Below are positions 49,444 through 57,293 of a stretch of DNA of 64,000 nt, piece by piece; the stretch's first letter is position 1, and each line of letters starts with the position of its first letter. Where the stretch lies: contig CAVSTP010000004.1 in assembly GCA_963730935.1 (NCBI GenBank), positions 1,504,001 through 1,568,000 of the forward strand, in the 5' to 3' direction. The position numbers and the translations under genes are program-made. The stretch is from an uncultured Nitrospiraceae bacterium (GTDB lineage Bacteria; Nitrospirota; Nitrospiria; Nitrospirales; Nitrospiraceae). The notes beneath the pieces are model-generated. The model was not told the DNA's origin. It saw only the letters and a program-made list of their open reading frames with translations, and ran no database searches.

Positions 49444-51225
49444 TTACGACTGTGCCGCGGAGACCGCGCCCCGCTCTTCCGCCTTGGCCCGTGCGATGTA
49501 CAGCAGCCCGTCCGCCATCGAGTAGTTGAACGGCAGCTCGCACACCACTTCGCTGATTTTTTCGTACACGTGCTGATAGAGCCGCTCGGCCTCGTCGGGC
49601 GTCATGCCTTCCTGTACTTCGTAGAAGAACCCGAGGCTCAGATCTTCGGCCGATGGCCGCATGATCCGCCGGATGCCGTAGCCGCCCGGATCGCTCATGA
49701 TCGGCGCTTCCTTCTCGAGATCGAACAGGCAGGGCTGGCAGGAGAAGCCGTAGGACTCGTTCAGCTTCTTGTTCTCCACGATGAAATTCATCGTCTCCAG
49801 CGCTTCCTCTTCCTTCTCGGTCGGGAAGCCGACGATGATGTAGCAGTGCACGGCCATGCCGAGATCGACGCAGTCGCTTGCGATCCGCCGCACCCACTCC
49901 TGCTGGATGCCCTTCTTCATGAAATCCATAATCCGCTGATTGAACGACTCGAGGCCGAAGACGATTTTCAGGCAGCCGGCGTCCCGCATGGAGGCGAGCA
50001 GTTCGCGCGTCAGATGCTTCTCGAAGCGCATCTCGCACGTCCACCTCACGTCGAGCCGGCGCTCGATCATCTGCAGGCAGAGCCGCTTGGTCGGCGACAG
50101 CGCGAAGCATTCATCGGTAAAGAAGAAGTTCCGCACGCCGTAGCGCTGCTTGAGCCATTCCAGTTCCTCGATCGTGCGGCCCGGCTCCTTCTGCCGGAAA
50201 TTCTGGTGGTCCAGCGTCAAGGCGCAGAACGCGCAGTCCTTGTAGTAACAGCCGCGGGAGAACTGCACGGGCAGCACCGGCTCGGGCGAGAGATAGCGGC
50301 CCAACGGGAAGCCGTCGTAGTTGGGCGCGGGCAATTGATTGACGTTCTCCGAATAAAACGGCTGGTTCACCTGGATCTTGCCGTTCTGGCGGTAGATTAA
50401 GTTGGGGACCTGGCTGAAATCCTTCTTTCCTGCCATCTGGTTCACCAGTTCGAGCAAGGCGGTCTCCCCTTCGAAGACCACGATGTCGTCGGTGATGTCG
50501 AAGAGATTGGGACAGCGGCGGAGATTGTCGACCAGTCGCGTGAAGATGCTGCCGCCGATCGTCAGATGGATGTCGGGCGCCGTTTCCTTAATGAGCCGGC
50601 AGAGCGTGAGGCCCGGAATGATCTGCGAGGTGGCCGTGATGGAGACCCCGATCAGTTCCGGACGGTCGGCGATGATCGAAGGGAGGAAGCGTTCGCGGAA
50701 CAGCTTAATGTATGGATTCTGCTGCTCGTCGCGGATGACCTTCATCAAGTCCTTGGACGAGTAAATGGAATACGTGCTGAATTGATTGTCGACCACCGTG
50801 AGCCGCGTCGGGAAGTAGACCGTGGACAGCACTTCGAGCCACTTGTCGATCAAAAAGAGGCTTTCCCGGTAGGCTTCCATGTCGTAGAAGCCCTCGCTGC
50901 GAAGCGTATCCTTCGCCAATTCAATGCGGTCGATCAGATAGGGAAACCGGTCGAGGGATTCGGTGACTCTCGCCAGATGCTCGGCGCTGCCTGGGCCCGT
51001 TTCACCGGCCCGTTCCCGCTCAAGCGCCTGTTTCTTGTCGAGCAATTCCTGATACAGCCCGGCGCCATAGGATTTAGTGACGACCTCATCGAGGAGTTCG
51101 ATCCCCAGATCGCGCTGAGTCACATTGGTCACACCGGCCTGGGCAAGGAAGCCTGTCAGCGAGGGTAGACTGAGATAGGGTTGAGACGGATGCCAGGTCG
51201 GTGGAAAAAGCAGTGAGACTTTCAT
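49444..51225 (-). CDS. B12-binding domain radical SAM protein
   Basis: LLFPP...PYLSLPSL N-terminus, IGGS, FEGE, SRGCYYKDCAFC (Cx4Cx2C), GLES and IVGFPTE. Confidence 0.9.
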   Translation of the reverse strand: MKVSLLFPPTWHPSQPYLSLPSLTGFLAQAGVTNVTQRDLGIELLDEVVTKSYGAGLYQELLDKKQALERERAGETGPGSAEHLARVTESLDRFPYLIDRIELAKDTLRSEGFYDMEAYRESLFLIDKWLEVLSTVYFPTRLTVVDNQFSTYSIYSSKDLMKVIRDEQQNPYIKLFRERFLPSIIADRPELIGVSITATSQIIPGLTLCRLIKETAPDIHLTIGGSIFTRLVDNLRRCPNLFDITDDIVVFEGETALLELVNQMAGKKDFSQVPNLIYRQNGKIQVNQPFYSENVNQLPAPNYDGFPLGRYLSPEPVLPVQFSRGCYYKDCAFCALTLDHQNFRQKEPGRTIEELEWLKQRYGVRNFFFTDECFALSPTKRLCLQMIERRLDVRWTCEMRFEKHLTRELLASMRDAGCLKIVFGLESFNQRIMDFMKKGIQQEWVRRIASDCVDLGMAVHCYIIVGFPTEKEEEALETMNFIVENKKLNESYGFSCQPCLFDLEKEAPIMSDPGGYGIRRIMRPSAEDLSLGFFYEVQEGMTPDEAERLYQHVYEKISEVVCELPFNYSMADGLLYIARAKAEERGAVSAAQS

Positions 51226-51349
51226 GCCTAATCTCTACCGAGAGAATTGAAAAATAAGATAAATCTCGAAAGATATGGACCTAATTTTATACACTCCGCC
51301 CCCGCGCAAATGCAACCCTCTCCGCGGCGCAAAAGCGCTCCCATAAATA

Positions 51350-51382
51350 GAAAAGCCCCAGTTCGGAGAACTGGGGCTTTTC
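51350..51382 (-). terminator. Rho-independent terminator after the nxrC-like gene
   Basis: 14-bp perfect stem GAAAAGCCCCAGTT / AACTGGGGCTTTTC. Confidence 0.85.
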
Positions 51383-51439
51383 ATCGGGATGGCTGCTCCA
51401 CCCTGAAGGGATGGAACATGGTCACTCAACCCGTTCAGC

Positions 51440-52393
51440 TCACGGAAGTTTGAGCGTGAACCAGGTGGAGAGCGCCTTCATGCCGTTACGCTCGATATTG
51501 TTGCCGTCCCACACCGCGAACGCGATGGGCACGGACATTCCTGCCTTGAACTGCGTGTCGTTCGCATCGCCTGTTTCCATCGAACGCTTCACGACTATGC
51601 GCCAGGTCGGGCCGCTATAGCCGCCGCCCTTGACTGAACCGGCTGGCTCCCACACGCCATTCCCGATCACGTCCTGATGGGCTTGGGTGGTCAAGGTGCT
51701 GAAGCCGTTGGCGTTCAGATCCTCAACGGAGCTCACACGCAGGGTCGGATCCGACATGATGTTGCCTGACCAAATGCCGGGATTGAAGGGTCCAAGGCTG
51801 CGGCCGATCCGGTCCGGATAGGTCACACCGCCGGCGGGCTCTTCAAAGTAGTAATCCCAGAATATGCCGGGATATTGATCGTCCACATCCCAGAGGCCCG
51901 CACTGTCCTTGCCGAGGTCCTTTTGCCATTCCGCGTTCCACCGCCAGATGTTGGTGGTCCCGCCAGACTGCCCCATGCACTGGAACGGCGGCGCACCCGA
52001 GGTATTCACTGGGAACATGATCGCGGCCTGGTCACGGAAGTCCTGTGGACCAATCGTCGTATCGTTCTTGGTCTGATCGCTCCACTCGACGCGCAACCCG
52101 ACTTCCTTCCCGTTGCTCATGGCCTTCACGAACACCGACTTCACCGAGATGTTCGGGTGCATTGGCGTGGTGATCAATTGGCCGCTCAATGGCACGATGA
52201 CACCGGGAACGCTCTCCCACACAGGGTTCGCCCCATCCATCGGGATGGGCCCCTTGACCGCCTTCGCCGGGATGGTCACCGGTTGGCTGACGGCCAACGG
52301 TACCTGCCCAATCGTCAACATCACGCCAACGATCAGGGCAGAGAGAAGAATGCCAAACACCACAGACTTGTTGTGTGTCTGCACTACTCTCAT
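51440..52393 (-). CDS. nxrC: DMSO reductase type II heme b (gamma) subunit, NxrC/EbdC-like
   Basis: N-terminal TM/signal, EWSDQT...FRDQAA, CMGQ and AFAVWDG..ERNGMK (Met/Lys heme-ligand pattern); next to a TorD chaperone. Confidence 0.8.
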   Translation of the reverse strand: MRVVQTHNKSVVFGILLSALIVGVMLTIGQVPLAVSQPVTIPAKAVKGPIPMDGANPVWESVPGVIVPLSGQLITTPMHPNISVKSVFVKAMSNGKEVGLRVEWSDQTKNDTTIGPQDFRDQAAIMFPVNTSGAPPFQCMGQSGGTTNIWRWNAEWQKDLGKDSAGLWDVDDQYPGIFWDYYFEEPAGGVTYPDRIGRSLGPFNPGIWSGNIMSDPTLRVSSVEDLNANGFSTLTTQAHQDVIGNGVWEPAGSVKGGGYSGPTWRIVVKRSMETGDANDTQFKAGMSVPIAFAVWDGNNIERNGMKALSTWFTLKLP

Positions 52394-52476
52394 GGACTAT
52401 GCCCTCCTCTCGATTAAATGATTAAGATTGACCCAAAATTGCTGCATAAAAGCGAACACCGACTCAACACGAAGCG

Positions 52477-53439
52477 CTAGGCGGTCCCGACTGGCCCCCC
52501 TTCCTCCTTGTCCTTGTCCTTTTGATCCATGAAATTCTGCGCGCCTGTTTCGTTCAACAAGAGATTCAACTCGTTGCCTTGATCCTGCGCACCGCACTCA
52601 TAGGTCTGTCCCTCGGGCGCATTGAACGTGGCCGGACGATAATCAGTTTCTGAATAGGTCTGCGGAGTCACACCGAGGAACGCCGCTTCAAAATCCATCC
52701 AGTCGCTCATCAGCTCCGCCACATGCTTGAAGAGACCGGAGTCCGCCTTCTTGATCAGCATCCGGCAGAACAGAGGCACCCAGCGCCCGATATGATTCTT
52801 CACGAACTTCTTTTGGGCATCGACGACGATTTGCGTCTTTTCGGCGCCGTCATGGCAGCGCGAGTAGGATTCTTTGTAGGCCAGGAAGTGCATGAACTCA
52901 AATTCGACACTCAGATGATCGAGCCGCTCGTGGATATCTTTGGAGAGCTCGACGCCGAACGCCTTATAGAAGCCGGCAATGTCGCCCATGACGTGGGATT
53001 GCGCAAAGACGTGATCGTTACCGAACAGCGTTTCGTAGGGTGGACAGTCGAGCGTGATGACGTTGCTGAACACGCGCCGGTGTTCGGCCTGCAGCTCACT
53101 CAATTGCCAATTCACACACTCGGAGGCGATCAGTTTTTCGATCTGGTCGAACTGCTTGCGCATCAACGCCAGCCTTTGCTTGGCCCGGTCCCCTCCGGTC
53201 CCGTCGAGGGCGGTCTCCAAAGCATCGAGGGCTGCGCGCCCGTCTTCCACGAACTCGCCGCACTGCAAATAGTCGAGAAATTCGTCGTCTTCCGGGTAGA
53301 GCAGGCTCCAGGAAACGAGGAGATAGAGCTTGCTGCGGTTGAGTGCACGTTCGACTGCGGGGGAATCTTTGATCGGGGGATTCGGAATGACAGCGGCTGC
53401 GGATTGTGTAGAACCTTGTACCGACTGCTTACTCGTCAT
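52477..53439 (-). CDS. TorD/DmsD family molybdoenzyme chaperone
   Basis: CPPYET, DIAGFY, ERLDHLSVEFEFM and HIGRW; GAGGAG RBS. Confidence 0.9.
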   Translation of the reverse strand: MTSKQSVQGSTQSAAAVIPNPPIKDSPAVERALNRSKLYLLVSWSLLYPEDDEFLDYLQCGEFVEDGRAALDALETALDGTGGDRAKQRLALMRKQFDQIEKLIASECVNWQLSELQAEHRRVFSNVITLDCPPYETLFGNDHVFAQSHVMGDIAGFYKAFGVELSKDIHERLDHLSVEFEFMHFLAYKESYSRCHDGAEKTQIVVDAQKKFVKNHIGRWVPLFCRMLIKKADSGLFKHVAELMSDWMDFEAAFLGVTPQTYSETDYRPATFNAPEGQTYECGAQDQGNELNLLLNETGAQNFMDQKDKDKEEGGPVGTA

Positions 53440-53522
53440 GAGAATATGCTCCTCACTTTGACCCCGTTGCCGTGAAACATTTCTTCGGCAACTTCGGTCA
53501 AACCAGTGGCGAAAGCCTGGGT

Positions 53523-53551
53523 ATGATAGGTAAAGGTCAAAAACTTGTCAA
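53523..53551 (-). promoter_or_regulatory. Near-consensus sigma-70 promoter TTGACA-N17-TATCAT for the chaperone-nxrC operon
   Basis: -35 at 53551-53546 and -10 at 53528-53523 on the minus strand. Confidence 0.75.
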
Positions 53552-53664
53552 GCACCGATTCTGACTCTTCCATCACCATTAATTCGGACTGCTTCTTCAG
53601 AGAAATCGGGGGTTATGGTGTAAGGGACCGCTTACGGTCTTGGCTCATTTCCACCAGTGACTTG

Positions 53665-54261
53665 CTAACGGGAGGCCGGCTCCATCGAACGAAAGGGCGT
53701 TATTTTGATGGCGATGTGATCGTTAACCGTGCGGCAGACGTGCTCGCACATGCCGCATCCTACACAACGTTCAACCGCCACTACAAGCCGCTGTGTACCA
53801 AAATCCATGTCCAGTGCATCCGTGGGACATTTCGACACACAAGCATGACACCCCTGCCCCGCCGTGCAGAGTCGATGGTTCACGACGGCCACCCCCATCC
53901 GGACGTCCTGCGTTCCTGCAACCGGCAGCAAGGCTTCGGTCGCACAGGCGGCAATGCAGGGCATGTCGTCGCAGAGGTAGCAAGGCACCTGGTCGGGGAA
54001 AATCACGGGTGTGCCGTCGGGGTGCAACACAATCGAGTCATGCGGGCAGGCTTTCACACAGTCGCTGCACTTGGTACAACGCTCGAAAAACAGCGCTTCG
54101 CTGACCGCGCCAGGCGGCCGCAGCCAATCCGTCCGCACGGGAGGCGCCGGCTTCTCGGGCGCCGCGTCCACATGAGCGGCATATTCCTTCGCCGCCTTCG
54201 CGACCGAGAGGACGGAGTCCTTGAAAAAGTCGCGTCGTCCGTATTTCGGATCTGTAGCCAC
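53665..54261 (-). CDS. NapG/MauM-like 4Fe-4S ferredoxin
   Basis: RRDFFK N-terminus, LRPPGA, four Cys groups (CTKCSDCVKACP, CYLC..CIAAC, C..CHACVSKCP, CVGCGMCEHVC). Confidence 0.88.
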   Translation of the reverse strand: MATDPKYGRRDFFKDSVLSVAKAAKEYAAHVDAAPEKPAPPVRTDWLRPPGAVSEALFFERCTKCSDCVKACPHDSIVLHPDGTPVIFPDQVPCYLCDDMPCIAACATEALLPVAGTQDVRMGVAVVNHRLCTAGQGCHACVSKCPTDALDMDFGTQRLVVAVERCVGCGMCEHVCRTVNDHIAIKITPFRSMEPASR

Positions 54262-54299
54262 GGTTTAGTATTGTTGTTCTTCAGTAGTTGGTCAAAAAG

Positions 54300-54472
54300 G
54301 GCACCAGCAAACCCGGCGCGAGCGAAAGGTCCGAGGAGGTACATACCACGCTTCGCTTGACCCGCTCGCTTCGATCAAATGCGAGCGGATAGGTACTTTG
54401 CCTCCAGCTAATTCGTACGTCGAGGCCTTGAGCGAAGCGAGAACGAAGCTCGCGACCTTTTTCACCATCTGC
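54300..54472. repeat. Palindrome-rich intergenic element; 3' part related to 62106-62163
   Basis: ACGTCGAG...GCGAAGCGAGAACGAAGCTCGCGACCTTTTTCACCA vs ACGTCGAG...GCGATGCGAGCACGCAGCTGGAGGCCTTTTTCAACA; internal hairpin CCGCTCGC/GCGAGCGG. Confidence 0.6.
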
Positions 54473-54474
54473 TT

Positions 54475-55473
54475 CTACATGACGCCGTCGGCGCGGAGCT
54501 TATACACCTCGACACAGCGGTCGCAGGCGCCGAACTCGACGTCCCAGCCCGGGTGATTTTCGCGGATGAAATCCAGCACATAGGATTCGATCTTGCTCCC
54601 CATGTCCTCGACCCAGGAATAGGTCGGGAAGCGGCACAACGGGCACGGGAAGCCGGGCATCAGCATGACCTTGTTTTCGGTCTCCGGCACTTCGCCGCCT
54701 TCGACGTCGACAGCGCGGTCCATGACCCGCAAGGTGTCCGTCGCCATTTCGATCAATTCTGCGTGCGTGAAGAAGCTCGTCAGCCACAAGCCTTCGAAGA
54801 CGGATTTGAGCTGCAGAGCGGGAATTTTCCGGTACCACGACCGGAATTCCTTGAAGCGGTCTTCTTTCCGGAGCATCGGTTCCTTGCCGGCGGCCGTCAA
54901 CCGGCTATCGACGCTCAAGCTCCAGAGGATGCGGTAGCGGTGGAGGATGAGGGTTTCTTCGCCGGGGTTCAGCCCGACCTTGGTATCGGGATCGTAGCCG
55001 AAGACCGGATCCAGCATGTCTGAAATGTGCATGAGCTCATGCCGGCAATACCGTGTCAGCGCCGGATCATAAAATCGCCGGGGGATGAGCTTGATCCCGA
55101 TGCCCTTCAGGCCCTTCTCTTCGAACTGCCTCGCCAGATCGTGCTCGACCGATCCCCATTTGCGCAGGATGTCCACGCCTTCCTGATCTTCCTTGAGCAC
55201 GCCTTTGACGAGCACGATGCCGACCCTATCTTTGACGAGCGGATACTCGTTGAATGCATCGCGGATAATGTCGCTGAACCCCCAGGTACCGAAGAGATAC
55301 TGGTAGAGCTTCTTGAACTCGCTTTCCCGATCGTCGAGCGTGAACTTTTCGTAGATCGGATCCGCCAGTTCGTGGAACTCCTTATAGTAGGTGGGGTCCC
55401 CTTCCCGTTCGGTTTTTTCCACGAACGAGTCGATCACTTCCTGCAGCAAAGCAGGCTGAAAACGCAGTTCCAT
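54475..55473 (-). CDS. Hypothetical protein with HExxH motif and C-terminal CxxC...CxxC
   Basis: RHELMH, CPLC and CDRC; strong coding bias. Confidence 0.8.
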   Translation of the reverse strand: MELRFQPALLQEVIDSFVEKTEREGDPTYYKEFHELADPIYEKFTLDDRESEFKKLYQYLFGTWGFSDIIRDAFNEYPLVKDRVGIVLVKGVLKEDQEGVDILRKWGSVEHDLARQFEEKGLKGIGIKLIPRRFYDPALTRYCRHELMHISDMLDPVFGYDPDTKVGLNPGEETLILHRYRILWSLSVDSRLTAAGKEPMLRKEDRFKEFRSWYRKIPALQLKSVFEGLWLTSFFTHAELIEMATDTLRVMDRAVDVEGGEVPETENKVMLMPGFPCPLCRFPTYSWVEDMGSKIESYVLDFIRENHPGWDVEFGACDRCVEVYKLRADGVM

Positions 55474-55546
55474 ATCAGCCTCGGTTTTCCGGTCTTGGGG
55501 CCGCTTTCCCCAGTCGTGGTGCGGTGTGGACGGCGCGCCGAGCGGC

Positions 55547-55623
55547 TTGACTTGGCGCCGTAGCTTCTCTTACGATCTCCAAATCGACCGCAAATTATAC
55601 TGGCTAGAAACGGCGATTTGCAA
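55547..55623. promoter_or_regulatory. Opposed sigma-70-like promoters (+ TTGACT-N18-TACGAT; - TTGCAA-N18-TATAAT)
   Basis: Read directly in the divergent intergenic region. Confidence 0.5.
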
Positions 55624-55678
55624 TCAAGCCTGTCGTCGCCGGCCGGTTGACCAAGAAGGATTCGGCAAGGTACCACCC

Positions 55679-56773
55679 ATGACACAACCAAGCGCCTCCT
55701 CGACCGTTCCCGCACAGCCTTCAGCTCCGGCCGCTGCTCCGACGGGTCCGATTGACTCGCTCGAATATTGGACCGCGGGCGCCCGTGAAGTCCGAACATT
55801 CCGCGGACATTCGCACGGCGTCTGGTCCGTTGCGTTTGCGCCGGACGGCTTGACGCTCGCCAGCGCCGGCGTCGACCGTCTCGTCCGGATCTGGGACATT
55901 GAGACCGGCCGGCTGCTTCGGTCGCTGCGCGGCCATACCCATGATATCCGCGCCGTCCTCTACACGCCGGACGGTCAGTCGTTGGCCACGGGCAGCGAAG
56001 ACCGGACGATCCGCTTGTGGAATCCCAAGACCGGCGAACCGTTGAAACTGCTCTTCACCCGCTACGATCACAATATCTGCAGCCTCTCGCTATCTCCCGA
56101 CGGCTTGATGCTGGCGCGAGGCAGCCACAACAAGGACATCAAGATCTGGGAAGTCACGACCGGAACCGAGTTGATGACCTTGCTGGGCAAAGACCAGTAC
56201 GATCACCATTGGTCGGTCTGCGTGGCGTTCTCACCCGACGGCCGCCATCTGGCCAGCGGCATGGACATCGGCAAGATCAAGATCTGGGAAGTCCTGCCCA
56301 GCGGCGAAGAGAAGGTCCTACACAACGGACACTGGCAGGAAACCCAGGAAGACTCGACCGAGACGCGCGGCTATTTCATCGAGGACGACGGCGGATTCCA
56401 AAAACCGATGGACTATTGGATCGGGGCCATGACCTTCACGCCTGACGGCAAGTACCTCATCACCGGCAGCCGCGATCAGACAATCAAAATATTCGAAATG
56501 CCGGAGGGGCTCGAGCAGCGAACGTTGAAGGGCCATGGAGGCTGGATCCGCTCGCTGATCGTCACAGCAGACGGCAAAGTCCTCATCAGCGCGGCCGACG
56601 ACAACACCATCCGGTTCTGGGATCTGAAATCCGGTCGCTGCTTCCGCACGCTCAAGGGTCACACAGGCGGCGTACGGGGCGTGGCGCTTTCCGCGGACGG
56701 CCTCCGGCTGGCAAGTGCGTCCTGGGACCGGACGGTGAAATTGTGGGAAGGCGGAGCGGAGCCCACAGAGTAA
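55679..56773 (+). CDS. WD40 repeat protein
   Basis: Seven GH...V..VAFSPDG..LASGS.D.TIRLWD-type repeats; start placed at ATG 55679. Confidence 0.93.
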   Translation: MTQPSASSTVPAQPSAPAAAPTGPIDSLEYWTAGAREVRTFRGHSHGVWSVAFAPDGLTLASAGVDRLVRIWDIETGRLLRSLRGHTHDIRAVLYTPDGQSLATGSEDRTIRLWNPKTGEPLKLLFTRYDHNICSLSLSPDGLMLARGSHNKDIKIWEVTTGTELMTLLGKDQYDHHWSVCVAFSPDGRHLASGMDIGKIKIWEVLPSGEEKVLHNGHWQETQEDSTETRGYFIEDDGGFQKPMDYWIGAMTFTPDGKYLITGSRDQTIKIFEMPEGLEQRTLKGHGGWIRSLIVTADGKVLISAADDNTIRFWDLKSGRCFRTLKGHTGGVRGVALSADGLRLASASWDRTVKLWEGGAEPTE

Positions 56774-56777
56774 AAGA

Positions 56778-56884
56778 GCGCGGGTCCTGTCGCGGCGAAC
56801 AGCCCCACCGTGCTCGCACCCCCGCCCGGTGTGGGGTCCCCCGTTGCGCGCGGTCGGGCGCCCCGTTCGCCACGCCACCCGCGC
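56778..56884. repeat. GC-rich nested hairpin (REP/MITE-like) right after the WD40 stop
   Basis: Nested pairs GCGCGGGT/ACCCGCGC, GGCGAAC/GTTCGCC, GCCC/GGGC and ACCGTGC/GCGCGGT. Confidence 0.6.
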
Positions 56885-56984
56885 GAATTGAAAAGCCTCA
56901 ACGGGCTAGTTAAGAGGCGAGAGGTCATGCGTCCATCGCAGGTCGCAGCCAGTTTCACCATCTACACCCTACACCCGTTCACCT

Positions 56985-57041
56985 GAAAAATAGAGAGGCG
57001 ACAGGCCGCTTGAAGCCTGTCGCCTTTTCTATGTTCGTTTT
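56985..57041. terminator. Probable bidirectional intrinsic terminator
   Basis: AAAAATAGAGAGGCGACAGGC-loop-GCCTGTCGCCTTTTCTAT; lies between convergent genes. Confidence 0.8.
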
Positions 57042-57070
57042 CTTCTCCTCTCTTGGAAGATTGTGCAGAG

Positions 57071-57268
57071 GCACCAACTGAAAAGCTGAGCGACTTCATC
57101 GGAGAAACCGGGACCCGCCGAGACTGTGCCGAGAAGGAAAGCTGGAACTGACCGACGCGCCACGGTCTGATTAAGACCGTGGCGGAGAGAATTCCAGAAG
57201 GAGTTCCGCTCGGCACAGTCCGGAGGGGTGGTTTCGGGAGATGGGAAGCAAAGGTTTTCGGTTGGCGT
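57071..57268. ncRNA. Candidate structured non-coding RNA (long rod-like fold-back)
   Basis: About ten nested helices around the apical loop GATTA (57169-57173), including GACTGTGCCGAG/CTCGGCACAGTC and CGCCACGGTCT/AGACCGTGGCG. Confidence 0.5.
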
Positions 57269-57293
57269 TAAGCAGCTCGGTATTTCATCTGCG

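Noticed and set aside
51440..53439. Calling this an ethylbenzene dehydrogenase or nitrate reductase operon
   Set aside because: No alpha or beta subunits are in the window; the overall context fits NXR accessory genes better, although that too is inference.
57071..57268. Firm assignment as 6S RNA or SRP RNA
   Set aside because: No large central bubble or SRP GGAA-tetraloop domain is recognisable by eye, so it is kept only as an unnamed candidate.
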